Positions 1 to 12,829 of a DNA stretch of 64,000 nucleotides are shown in pieces; position 1 is the first letter of the stretch, and every line of letters starts with the position of its first letter. The notes below the pieces were generated by a model. It searched no databases and had not been told where the DNA came from. It saw nothing but the letters and a program-made list of their open reading frames with translations. The stretch comes from Lingula anatina (Eukaryota; Animalia; Brachiopoda), in contig CM120646.1 of assembly GCA_051362555.1 (NCBI GenBank), positions 3,472,001 through 3,536,000 of the forward strand, in the 5' to 3' direction. The position numbers were made by a program, and so were the translations under genes.

Positions 1-356
1 CGTTCTATTTACCTTTGCAAATTATTTTTATTTTTATTATTATTATAATTATTATTGTTACAATCTACATTCTATTATGGCTTCAACAAGGTCTAATATC
101 ATCACATAATTTACATATCAGAACGTCGTATTTAAAAAAGATATTTTATGCGCCGTTTGAGGCCCATAAACAGTTCATTAATGAACTGCCATCTCTTACT
201 TCATCCTGGTGAAATATTTGGATGGACATCAAAGTTCTCTTAAACTTTTGCCAAAGTTTCTTTATGAAGAAACTTGATCACAACACATTAGATTTGATGG
301 GTCTCAGTCTACACTTAAATTACTGGAATGTACACGAGTATTAACCTTACATTGTG

Positions 357-475
357 CCATTAGTCAGTCTGTGCATTAGCCAGACCTAGCATTAGTCAGT
401 CTTTGCATTAGCCAGACTCAACATTAGCCGGTCTTTGCATTAGTCAGTCTTATCAATGGCCATTCTTAGCATTGT
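357..475. repeat. Degenerate ~16-bp tandem repeat (GCATTAGTCAGTCTTT-like) just past the stop of TIR copy A
   Basis: About 7 imperfect units are visible; a shorter array lies at ~12792-12836 in copy C. Confidence 0.7.
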
Positions 476-476
476 T

Positions 477-1496
477 TTAAGCTGAGAACAGCTGTGGTGT
501 CGAGTTTTCTGTACACAAAATACACATCCAGAAGACTGGGGCAACATCTCTAAGAAAAGATGACAGTGAACCCATCCAACCTCGCACAGAATTCTCGCTG
601 CTTGCATCCTCCACAGCGTCTTGGCCCTGTCTCTCTTCGGCTGTGTCTTCGCCCATGGCTTCGCAATCCCTGTCTTCACGGTTTGGGCCCTGAAAAACTT
701 TCGACTGTGTTTTGGACATAGGTGAGACGGGGCTGTACCAGTCCACAGGGGGTGAGGAAGAACCACGGTCTTCAGGAGCGGCCGCATTTCCCTCACTGAA
801 ATTCTGATTTAATGGCTCCAGTCGCGCTGTAACGGAGTCACGGCCGGTGCCAACATGCACAAGTGGTCGTGGTGGTAAATCCTGACTCGGATTATCCCCG
901 GGAGAACTCGGACCTGGTTGAGGTTGTCCTTCCACAGTTTGGTGCCTTACATCGTCGTTGAAGTGCGGTCCATATGAGCTTTCGACCCTTGTCTGACGTA
1001 CTCCATCCCGAGGTTCTAGTGTCTTCATTCCCTTGTTTTGAAAGGAATAAAGAAATAATTTAATTTAATTTGTTATATTACAAATAATATGTTTTAGAAT
1101 GCACATGTTGAAATGACGACATCTGTTATTCAAGTGTATTTGGATGATACACATTTAGGTCTCCTATTAGATCAAGAGCAAAACAAATATGAAAAACAAA
1201 TCATTTACATGTGAGAACATGCAATTTAACCAAAACGTTGATTTGTCGTGCAACTTTCGATTGTGGTATATATTTTTTGTCATTGCAGATATTCGGAGTA
1301 GTATATCACGTAATTAAACCTGAAGTAACTATTGTTCATAAAATTAGATATGTATACCTCTTGCTGGCATTCCAAGCCGTCAGACTGTGTCTGGAGAAGA
1401 GGGGGAGGTTGGCCACCCCTGAAAAATTAAGAAAATGAAAATATATGAAATTTGAAATAAGCTGAAATAACAACAATTTTATCAATTCCTTTTTAG

Positions 1497-1541
<45 letters not shown>

Positions 1542-4486
1542 AGAAAATGGGAGGGGTCGAAATAGGTAAAGTTTGGTATTTCTCATTAGGTTTTAAGTTA
1601 AATAAAATCTTACTTCAGTATACAACCCATTTTTAAAGAAAACCCATTATAATAAAAGACATAAAACTTAAATTTAAAAATTCACAAAACGAAGCAGGAG
1701 GACGAGGGGGCTCCCTGTAGCCCTGTGTATCTGCCTCTCGGTATGCTTCTGACTATCAGATTATTTTATATATAATTTTATATATATATATGGAATAATC
1801 TGATAATCATATTATTCCATATATAATTATGATTAAATTTACACCTCATTCAGCTCTCAATCATGGAAACCACTCGGAGAGGAGTACAATGCATTATGGT
1901 TAAGATATTAACATACGTGACGCCGTCGCATGGCGGAACTGACTCTTCCTTTGGTCGACTTAATTCTCCATTGCTTTCATCGCCTGGTCCTTCGTTATTC
2001 CCGTCATCTGCAAATATATTAACAATATTTAAGGGACCAAATTCAACTCACATTCTAAATTCTACTTAAAAACTAGACAGCAGAGCTGAGAAATATACAG
2101 ATACCATAGAGGAAACAAGGGAGCAAAGCTGACAAATGTTCAGTACACAGAAAAGAGTGCGCCAAATAATATTTTGACCAATTTTAGTGCACTGTTTCCG
2201 GGTACATAATGCTTTAAAACAGTATACTCTTATCTTCTTACATTATGTACTACAGGTAACATGGACATTGAAATACTACCAAGTAATTCAGTTTCATGGG
2301 ATAGAAAAGCCACTGAAAATGTGTAAAATAAAATAAATATAAAAAAAAAAAAGATTAATTACCGTAAACGTAAACCTATCATGCCGATTTTTGAAAGCAA
2401 GCTGCCTTTTAATCAAATAAAGCCACGAAGTAAATTTAAAGTAAAACGAAAATATAGTTTGATAACCGATAATGCTGATTTTTGAAAGCAACCTCATTAT
2501 TTACCAAACAAAGCCACTCAGTAACTTTAAAGCAAAACAAAAATAAGGTTTAGAAGTTGTGGGGCGAACGTCACCAAAATGTGAAAAAAACGAATTATTG
2601 CCGTAAATGAAAACAGATCGTGCCGATCTTCGAAAGTGACCTGCCTCTTTACCAATGAAAGCCACTCAGCAAATTTCAAGTAAAACAAAAATACGGTTTG
2701 GAAGTTATGGGGCGAAGGTCATGTGTCGGATAGCGACAGCGACAGCGAGGACACACCAATCAGGATTACATGTGTCTGTATATAGATAGCAAAAAGAAAG
2801 AAAACGCGGTATTCCGGCGGCTGGTTTCCTTAACAACGTACCAACAAATAACTGACAACAAATAAACAGCCTATCAGACATCCCCTGCACATGCTATACA
2901 AACAAACCGGCAACTTGGCCAATTAACTTGGTCATTTAACTTGCCCGTTATGCTGTTAACAATGCAAAGACGAACTAAAGAATGGGCCCAGCCAGGGTGT
3001 TATAAACATGGGGCACGTATGAATAAGGGGACTGCGTAGTGAGCTCAAATCGTAGGATGTTAGGCAGAAAGATCCCATTGCGTCCCAGGTTTTAACTTTT
3101 AATTTCAAACCTTTAAGTCAAGAAGAAATGTGAATAAGGCAGGCCCAACCCACTCCACCAATAAACACTTTTATTAATCTTATTCTCATTTTGTGATTTT
3201 AAAATTTTGCGTTATTGTACATTTGTTTAAATTGACCACTTATACGTTGCAAGGTATTCTGATATAGCTACTAGAGGGCTATATTTATAACGGAAAAATA
3301 ACATTATATAAAAAAGCCCCGTATAGACCCGCCGTCGTTTTCTTTGTCAACGTACAAACACAACTCGACAAACCCCATGACTCATTTGATACCCCCTGTA
3401 TTGACAATAACAAAAAAAAGCCCTCGGATGAAGTCTATACAATAGGGTCTACAAACAATTTTGCGATCACGATCATTAGCTGTAACCTGAGTAACATACC
3501 TATTTTGTATTTAAACTATATTAATTTATGCTATATTTATATATTTGTCCAATGATCCATTTGTTAATTATTCCATTTGTCATTCTTTATATTTTCATAT
3601 ATCAATTTATAATACATTTACATCAAATAATACTAATTGTAAAATATTATATATATAGGAAAAGAAATAAAGAAACTAAGTTAAATTTTAATGAATTGGA
3701 AAAAATGATAAGGTGGTATATTGAAGTAGAAAAATTCAGGTACATTAGTAAAGGTGAGAAAGAAAAGTTAAACAAAAATGGACATCATTAATACACTTGT
3801 TTCAGAAAGAAGACGAATGAATGAGGAGTGAGTGAGTGAGCGAGAGAACAATTTATGTAATTTGTAACAACATTTTCTTTCTGGGAGAATAAATACATCT
3901 AAAAAAATTATAATACATCGAGGGAGAGGGAGAGAGAGATAGATAAGATCGAATCATCTATTTTGTGCTACCGACCTTGTTCCGGCTGTGAAACACTCGC
4001 AGTCAGCGCTCTCCGCAGATCACCCAGTGCTTTTTGATCTTTAGGAAGGACTTCATTAGCATTAAAGTAAAGGCGTCTTATAGCTCTATATTTCTCCATC
4101 TTGTTAAAAGTATCTTGTACGGTAACGCCAAGAGCACATACGGGTATGAACTGGGGACGTCCCAACCGATCTAGAAAGGCACTTTCAGCAATATGTTCGC
4201 TCCAGCAGTCTTGGATGAAAGCCGGGCACATGACTGGTACAATAAACTTTGACTCTTTTAAAGCATTAAAAAGTGCCTCAAAAACTCTTTGCCCAGGGTT
4301 CACGTCTCTGCGGGGATAGAATACTTTAAGTTTACATTCTTTTTCCAAATATTCCAAGAGCGCTTCCGTAAATTTTTCACTTCTCGTTATAGCTTCCTCG
4401 TCTGCGTTTCCTGTTAACATTGTTCTATCACAGCTCAACAATAAAACGTCATATTTCCTCTGCTCCGATCTGCAACTTGCCGCCAT
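477..4486 (-). CDS. TIR-domain adaptor-like protein, copy A (4 exons: 4486-3976, 2007-1917, 1418-1358, 1031-477; ~405 aa)
   Basis: Exon 1 is a TIR domain (YDVLL box 1, RDVNPG BB-loop, CPAFIQDCW). GT-AG junctions with phases 1/2/0 join all four exons in frame (511+91+61+555=1218 nt), and copy C has the same exon structure. Confidence 0.75.
2073..2786 (-). mobile_element. Non-autonomous Helitron-like element in intron 1 of TIR copy A
   Basis: The minus strand begins A|TCTATATA and ends CAGCTCTGCTG (hairpin)-T-CTAG|T, with internal ~110-bp tandem repeats. It is absent at the homologous site in copy C (~14310); a truncated copy lies at ~5412-5695. Confidence 0.55.
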
Positions 4487-5750
4487 ATCTCAGATAGGAC
4501 TATTGATTTGTGAGTTCAATCTTCTTGTGTACAGTGTCCTAACAACGAGCTTTCCGACCTCTGCCAGTGTGTAAACCTATATATATTTTGGCCCCTTACT
4601 GTCAAGCGGAGAAAACTGAAGTGCCGTCGTGTGGACAACAATACAGGGAATATGTTTATATGTTGTTGCGTTTCCAACCAACGCCGCCAATTTGTTATAC
4701 AGTACAATATGCTTTATTCCAATAATCAATGATTGCATTTGTCAGTCTTTAAAAATATAGTGCAGAGAAAGCCACATGTAAACGGGTAAAATTCATTAGA
4801 AGAAAAAATGAAAGAAATATTTTTATCGATTGATATTGCTTTATTTTAACATTTGAGCAACTTGTATAACATTAACATCTAAAGCAAAGTGCCAGCAATG
4901 AAAATATGTCAATATTGTTACACCCAACATTGATTAAAGCAATGCAAAAATACATGAATGTGGCCAAAATGGTTAGTTTTTATTTTAATGTGGTGATTAT
5001 TTTATTTCATACTTTAGACAGTTAGCCAGTGAACACTAAATTCTCTTTTAAAACTTGGAGCACTCTTCAATTTCAGCCAAAAATTAAATTTCACAAATTT
5101 ATCTGCGTTCCAGTATCAGTTCATATTTGCATCTGAATTAATTAATCTTTAATAAATAGCACTTGTCTACAAACCATGTCATGTGTGCAAAAACTTGCAT
5201 ATTAAACTAAAAACAATGTACTTTTTGACTGCATACACCTTTCTTTAGGTGGTTCAAACCTAAGATAATATGACAAATTTAGGTACACTGATTACCAATA
5301 AATATTATTATAAACAACAGCCAGCACAGCTCAAAAATATTTTTTTATCCCTTAAAAGTTCGTCAAAAGTTGTGACCAAATTCAACTCACATTCTAAATT
5401 CTACTTAAAAACTAGACAGCAGAGCTGAGAAATATACAGATACCATAGAGGAAACAAGGCAGCAAAGCTGACAAATGTTCAGTACACAGAAAAGAGTGCG
5501 CCAAATAATATTTTGACCAATTTTAGTGTACTGTTTCCGGGTACATAATGCTTTGTAACAGCATAATCACTCTTATCTTCTTACATTATGTACTACAGGT
5601 AACATGGACATTGAAATACCACCAAGTAATTCAGTTTCATGGGATAGAAAAGCCACTGAAAATGTGTAAAAAATAAAATAAATATTAAAAAAAGAGCAAA
5701 AAGAAAGAAAACGCGGTATTCCGGCGGCTGGTTTCCTTAACAACGTACCA

Positions 5751-6707
5751 CACCCAAACCCAATATAGAGGTGTAATTGATGTCACAAGCATGTTATTAA
5801 AAATATTTACTGCACAGATTGCTAACTGTGTTTGATTATTTTAGGGTCCCACATGAAGAAGCTTGTATAAAAGTTTCACTCTCCTGGAACCATGAATAAT
5901 TAAAAATAATTCATCGTTTAACCCCAAAAAGGAACATACGTTACTGTTACAAATACAAAACGTCCAACTGTGAAGCCTTCTACTGACTTTGAAAATTCAG
6001 TCATCACTGGTTTTGTGCATTGATTTATCTCCTACATGTATAACGTTGCTAAAAATTATAATAATCTTCTGTATAGACCAGTTAATTGTTTTTTTGCGAC
6101 TTAAGTTTGCTTGTCACAGAATATTAAAAAATGGGGAAAATTCACCCTACCGACAGTAAAATAAGCATTTAGTAATCATGTTTCCCTTCATGATCCAAAG
6201 ATTATATCAGAAATGTCAAACTATCATGGAACCACAATATATTGTTCGGTCAGCAAAAGAAAACATTGTATCTCTTGCACACAAGTACTTGAACAAAATT
6301 AAACATTTTGACAATTTTTCTAGGGAACATACGTTACCTAGTATAAGCTTTGACGCAAAGCCCCTTGAGATACATTTTAAATATTTTTAAAAACGTCCTT
6401 ACGTCATGTCTAATTTACCATGACTGAACCACTAAAAAACATATCGGAACGCGGCATAAAAATGAAAATTAAGTGGCAAGAACATACGTTACCGTACGTT
6501 TTTTGGAACATACGTTACCATATAGGGCTCTTTGCTTAATGTTAAAGATATGGTAAAAATTAAAAATTGAATTTCAGTTGAGACAGTCGTGGATTTTTGT
6601 TCTATACACATATATGTTTTGAAATATTGAATACAATTTTGAATTCATTCATTTTTATTTTTTGACACTTCAACATGTGAAATGCACCTCTATATTGGGT
6701 TTGGGTG
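5751..6707. mobile_element. Non-autonomous DNA transposon with CAC...GTG termini and 4-bp TSD (Chapaev/CMC-like)
   Basis: Perfect 23-bp TIR CACCCAAACCCAATATAGAGGTG; TSD ACCA at 5747-5750 and 6708-6711; empty site CGT-ACCA-ACAAAT at ~2837-2849; internal GAACATACGTTAC motif occurs 4 times. Superfamily assignment is inferred from termini and TSD length. Confidence 0.85.
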
Positions 6708-7575
6708 ACCAACAAATAACTGACAACAAATAAACAGCCTATCAGACATTTGAAACCCTCTGTATTGACTAAAACAACAGAAAAGCAACTAAGTGTGTAT
6801 ACAAGCAATATGGGGAGCGAATGGTGACCTCAGATTATTCCAATCTTTAAGTCAAGAACAAATGTAAATATGGCGCTTGATTACACCCCACCCCCGTCCA
6901 CTAAGTAACCTAGTTTTTTCGCGATGACGGTTATATGCATAAGGATAAGGATGTTTTGTTTTATAATATTTTTTATTAAAGAGATAACAGCTCTTCATAT
7001 CAAATTAAAAAGCCCACAATGCATACATGTACATTGTAAGCAACACAGAGAAATCTTATAAATTCCATTCTACAACCAAAACGGTGGCTAGCGCAATTAT
7101 TCTAAAATCTGCTTGCCATCGGACATCGTGGACCTTCATAGTTAGCTACCCTACGACCCTCCCCCCACCCCCACCCCCCAAAAAAAACACTTAAAAATCA
7201 TGCAATCGACTAACTTTGAATGTTGAAGCAGATTCATTATCCACTACTAAAGATGGGAACACCGTCGGTCACTTTTCCAGAAAAAAAAATTAAACTTTGG
7301 TCTGTAAACACCATGGATCCATGGTCATTTACATTTTTTAATTGATCACTTTTACGTTGCAAGGTATTCTGATATAATATCTGGAAAATAATATTATATA
7401 TAAAACGGGAAAGACCCACTGTTGGTTTCTTTGTCAACGTGCTGAACTCGACTCAGCCTATGACTAATTTGTATTGACAATAACAAAAACGCCGCTCGCT
7501 TGGAAAAAATCTATAGCCTACAAAAGGGTCAATATTATATATAAAAAAAGCCCCGTTGGTTTCTTTGTCAACGTA

Positions 7576-8958
7576 CACACACTGGACAAAAGAAGTGTCA
7601 CCCCTACTGAGCCAATACTATGGGGGAGATAAATGACTGTGGAATGATATGCTCCTGGTATCATTTTATTAACATCAAATTTCACAAAAAATCACAAAAT
7701 GAGAACAAAATATACATTCTACCAAAATATGCAGTTTCAAGTCCAAAATTAGTACTTATTGGCATAGCCACGTGACCTAATAATATAGGTGCCAGTCTAC
7801 GAGGCAAGGATTCATATAATTGTCTGTTGCGTTCAGGGCTTATGCTGGCCCAAGCATGAAACACTGAATATAACAGAGTTTCTCTGCTGGTTAGACGGGC
7901 ATTTGTCAAAAGTTTTGACATATCATTCCACACATTTTCTATTATGTTTGCTTCCGGACTCTGGGCGGGCCACATCACCCTGCGAATGCCCTGTTGGTCA
8001 AACCAATCATCAACTGCTCTGGGCCTGTGACAAGGAGCATTGTCATCCTGGTGAACAAATGGATAATTCGTGTCACCAAACATGTTAGTAATAGATGGTA
8101 GCAAGTCTGACTCCAAAACATCGATATATTTCTAGTGATTCATGTTTTCATCAACCACAATCAATTCGCCCACGCCATGGATGCTGATGCAGCCCCACAC
8201 CATGATGAATATGCTGCTCCGGGTTCGAAAATTCAGTACATGTGGTTCAAATGCTTTACCAGCAGTTCGCCAGCATCGTACCCGTCTGTCAACAGAGGTC
8301 AGACCAAAGCGACACTCATCAGAAAAAAATATATAGGACCAATTGTCATGGGCTGTCCAGTTCCAGATCCTGTTGGCCATAGTTCACTCTACGTTGCCAC
8401 TTTTCTAACGATATAAGAGGTTTCAGTCTTGCTACCCTGCTACTATGAGCATGTAACCGACGCCTAGCAATTTTCACAGACACATTCTTATGTGTGAAAT
8501 TTTTCCACTGTGTTGTCAACTGACAAGCAGTGTCGAACTTTGACAACCTGGACATCAAAATCAGTCGTCGGTCTTCACGGCCAGTAGATTTTCTTGGACG
8601 ACCCATCAGAGGTAATTTGTCTCTTGATCCAGTGTTTCTATACCGAGACCAGACCCTCTGCACGGTTCTGACTAAACAATTCAATTGTATCAATATACTG
8701 ACATTGCTTATATTCCGCCTCTTCAGGTTAATAACTTGCACCTATAACCGTTAGATAATTGCCTGTATCTTGCCATATTGGACGAAGACAGGAAAAACAT
8801 TTGCTGTACATTTACAAGACCAACAATACAATCCCATGGTACAGCGGTTTTAAACTCATTAGTCACATTATAAGTAGACCAGGCATTATAATTACCCAAG
8901 ATCTGCCTACTTTTATTACTCTGAGTTAGGGGGTGACACTTCTTTTGTCCAGTGTGTG
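7576..8958 (-). mobile_element. Tc1/mariner transposon, full length with frameshifted transposase
   Basis: 29-bp perfect TIR CACACACTGGACAAAAGAAGTGTCACCCC and TA TSD on both sides; empty site GCG-TA-CTGTAACAC in copy C at ~15071-15084. Confidence 0.95.
7682..8776 (-). pseudogene. Tc1-type DDE transposase pseudogene
   Basis: Fragments in different frames: HTH with GRPRK (8346-8741); FSDE and MVWGC (8132-8380); QDDNAPCH and WPAQSPEANIIENVW (7682-8116). Confidence 0.9.
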
Positions 8959-9218
8959 TACTGTAACACAACTCGACTCAGCCCATGACTCATTTGAAAT
9001 CCACGGTATTAACAATAATAATAATAATTATAATAATTATAATAAAAGTCGGATGAAGTCCATACAAAAGAGTTTACAAACAACTTTGCGATCACGGCTA
9101 TTATCAGTGATCTGAGTTTTCTGAATTTACATATTTGTCCAATGATCTATTTATTCATTCAGCAAGTTGTTTTTCTTCATATTTTCTTGTATCAATGTAT
9201 TACATTACATTAAATTAA

Positions 9219-9426
9219 ATTACCTCCGCCAAGGAGGTTATGTTTTCACCCCTGTTTGTTTGTCCGTCTGTCATCAACATAACTCAAAAAGTTATGGACC
9301 GATTTTGATGAAATTTTCAGGAACTGTCAGAAGTGGGCCAAGGTACAGATGATTAGTTTTTGGTGGTGATCGAAATTTTAGGGTTGAAACGGCATTGGAT
9401 GGAGACTTTGCTGCCTTGGTGAAGGT
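9219..9426. mobile_element. Short Helentron/HINE-like non-autonomous element
   Basis: TTACCTCCGCCAAGGAGGTTATGTTTTC start, GTCT/GTTT microsatellite and inverted GCCTTGG near the end; second copy at 39441-39668; absent from the homologous intron of copy C. Confidence 0.65.
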
Positions 9427-9480
9427 CTTGTTTATAATATATCGAGAGAGAGAGAGAGAGAATCAAACTCTCTTTTTCTA

Positions 9481-10002
9481 CTACCGACCTTGTACCGGCT
9501 GTGCAACACCCGCAGTCAGCGCTCTCCGCAACTTATCCAGCGCTTCTGGGTCATCTTCTGGTAGGACTGCGGCAGCTTCAAAGTAAAGGCATTTTATAAC
9601 TCTATATTTCTTCATCTTGTCGTTAATATCTTGAACGGTAACGCCGAGGGCACATACGGGTATGAACTGGTCACTTCCCAACCGATCTAATAAGGCACTG
9701 TCAGCAATACATTTGCTCCAGCAGTCTTGGATGAAAGCCGGGCATATGACTGGTACAAAAAACTTCGACTTTTCTAAAACATCAAAACGTGCGTCAAAAA
9801 CACTCTGTCCAGGGTTCACGTCATTGCAGTCAAAGAACACTTTCAGGTTACATTTTGTTTCGAAATATTTTGCGAGGGCACACGCAAAGTCAATATTTTT
9901 TCTTATAGCTTCCTCGCCTGCGTTTCCTGTCGCCAGTGCACGATCATAGCCCAACAAGTAAACGTCATACATGTAAGGCTCTACACTCAAACTGGCCGCC
10001 AT
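9481..10002 (-). CDS. TIR-domain exon, copy B (TIR-only 173 aa, or an alternative first exon)
   Basis: Intact ORF very similar to copy C, with the same G|GTCGGTAG donor-plus-stop. No exon 2-4 homologue lies between it and copy A. AATAAA on the minus strand at 9150-9155. Confidence 0.7.
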   Translation of the reverse strand: MAASLSVEPYMYDVYLLGYDRALATGNAGEEAIRKNIDFACALAKYFETKCNLKVFFDCNDVNPGQSVFDARFDVLEKSKFFVPVICPAFIQDCWSKCIADSALLDRLGSDQFIPVCALGVTVQDINDKMKKYRVIKCLYFEAAAVLPEDDPEALDKLRRALTAGVAQPVQGR

Positions 10003-10566
10003 ATCTCAGATACTGGTTTGGGAGTTCAATCTTCTTGTGTAGGGTGTCCTGCCAACGAGGTTTTCAACTCCTATTGTCAAGCGAAGAACAAGGAAGTGCC
10101 GTCGCGTCCGAATACAGTTTTGGGTTGTACTAGTGGGCAACACTACAGGGGATATCGTCCCTACATCTTGTTGCGTTTCCAACGCCGCCGTTCTGTAATA
10201 TATAAATATATATATATATATATACACGAGCAATATGCTTTAATGATATTATAATCAATTGATCGCATCAGCCATCTTTGAAAAAAGCCCCAGTGTAAAA
10301 CGAGTACTTGTCTAAAACGAGTCTATTGCGACATCCACAAATTTCAGTCCATTCAATATTAAATATGAAAAATAAGTAAGAAAACTCTCCTTTATCTCAG
10401 ATACAGATACCAACAGTCTAAAACAATTGCGGCACTTGCGTTGGGGTGATTAAATTTAGCCCTCTCAATTTCCGCTAGAACTCTTAACACAGTCTGCTTG
10501 CCGTTCAGATTCATGGTGAACTTAGTAAATGGAGGTCTATTTAACATCTGTCTGTTTCGCCTTTTT

Positions 10567-10604
<38 letters not shown>

Positions 10605-12157
10605 ACACACACTGCATATCAAACATATGTTTATCCGACATTTACATCCAAAAACGTGTTAGTGCGTTTTTTCTTTGGCCCCCTTATTGAGTCTTTCATG
10701 ACACGCACTATTTGGCCAAATACACAATCAATGCATTAATCTGGTTTGTATATTGACTCTTTTCATCTTTTCATCGTTGGAAATTGCATTGTGGGAAAGT
10801 GAGTCCTTGCTATGTCGAAACACTTATAGCGGTGTTGAAAATCATGCCTGGGTTTACGTACTTTGTGTCCCGCTGCTACAATAACAGTTAGCGAGATCGA
10901 CACATGAGTTTTAGTAAGTTCCCAAAAAACCCGTTAGAATGAAAAATATGGCAGAAAGAAAGGAAAATATAGCAGGTTTGGATCAAAAGCAGGGCACCGC
11001 GTTTGCGCCGAACATTTCGAAGGCGGGAAGAAAACCTATAATGTTAGGAGATCAACGACGCTTAAATAAAAAAGAGGAATGCTTAGTTAATCAACGGATC
11101 TAACGAAGTATCGGCAAATAGAACTCAGGGGAAAACAATGCACGAAATAAAAAAACATTATGAAGATCCGAAGAAAAAATTGAAGAGTAGGGACCTAAAA
11201 AGAAAGAAAAGACTTTAAACATGAAGTTATGGAAAAAGAAACTAAAGGCTGTTAAGTTACACGGGGTTACCAAGAATTCAAAGAATTCAAGAACTTTCAC
11301 GACTTCTAATATAACAACAAAGAGAGGGTTTGAAAATTTTTATATGTAATACCCTTTTTTATGTGTTTTATTGATAAGTGATAATTTTAAATGTAGTAAT
11401 TATTATTATTATTATTATTATACTTATTATTATACTTTCTCTACTTGTACTCAATAAAAAAGGAATTTGTTATAAAATAATTTGTTTAATGATGAAATTG
11501 TATTATCACACTGAAAATATAAATGTAATGGATGAAATGTGTTGAACTTTGTACTCTTTACTTTATATTTGTACCGGTATATAAATATATATTCTTTGGG
11601 GGAGGAATTGTCCGGGGAAAATTGGGGGGGGGGGGGATTATCCTAGAATCCAAGGCACATGTAGAAAGTTTGCATTTGATATAAGACCTAACAACTAAGC
11701 TCCTGCTGTTCCGTGCTAATTCCGCTGGCTTAAACACAGCTATACCCTTGTACGAGGGTTCGAATGCTACAGTGCTAAATGCAGTATTTTTGCTAGATAT
11801 GATTTTTAAAAATTGTATTTTATTGCTATAAAAAGTAAAACTGTGAGCGGATAGGTCAGGCACAGCGCTGCCGTTGGCGTGCGCGGCTCAAAAAAAGTAA
11901 ACCCTTCATAGCACTGGATTATTTTATTTACAAATGTCCAATTCTTGTAGAATGTACATGGATCTACTTTCAACATTGATCTGAATGCAAAACAGTAACG
12001 CCAATTCCATAAAGTGACAAAAAGGCTGCAAACGAATCTCTACAAAGGCTATGACGGTGATTAAATATAACTGTGAAAGTCCATCACTCCTATTCAAAAT
12101 GTATAACAATATGTCCCTGATATATAAACAAGATTTGTTAAATTTTTATGTACACTA

Positions 12158-12745
12158 AGAGTTCATTCCCATAGATTTTAGATCGATCTATCCCCGTGGG
12201 GAGTCTCACTAGATTACTGTCAGATAATCCGACATAAATGTCCGTCCCACCTGCTACAAACTGTAAGGGGGTAATTAACTTTCGTGCCCGTTTGGCTGAC
12301 AGCAATTTAGCGTGAACCCCCAGGGAGTTAGGTCGATCTAGTTGGATCGATCTAATCTCTGGGAATGGGGTCTAAGACATTTGATCTTCAAAATCCATCC
12401 CTGCAGCTAGAGGATATAAGTCAATCTAGACTGGTTTACATTTGCCAAGCAATGTGATCCATCTTTAGCCCAGAGTTTGCTTGTGAGGTTATCCAGTCCC
12501 CTATACTAAGTAAAGAAATCGCTGCTCTACTTCCTCGTGGTCATCACATTTTAACCCTACCTCAAGACGTAAAATCGTAAAATCACGGGGAAATTTTGCC
12601 CCCACGACGAGAAATCTGACAGGCCCTATTATCCACTTACAGCTTTTAGTAGCCTTGACAGACGCTTAAGCCGGCTAAGCTGACAGTAATCTAGTCAGCC
12701 TCCCCACAGGGATATATCGATCTAAAATCTGTGGGAACGGGGTCT
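12158..12745. mobile_element. MITE (PIF/Harbinger-like ends) with ~65-bp imperfect TIRs and an extra internal right end at ~12340-12373
   Basis: Left end AGAGTTCATTCCCATAGATTTTAGATCGATCTATCCCCGTGGGGAG matches the reverse complement of 12681-12745; flanked by TA/TAA. Confidence 0.65.
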
Positions 12746-12829
12746 TAAATCACTGGAATGTGGAATGTACACGAGCGTTAGCAAGTTTTACCATTAGTCA
12801 GTCTTAGCATCAGTCAGTCTTTGCATTGG

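Noticed and set aside
440-796. Alternative-frame ORF in exon 4, also present at 12814-13164 (possible dual coding)
   Set aside because: Similarity is explained by near-identical DNA; skipping exon 3 enters this frame but meets a stop before reaching the ORF in both copies.
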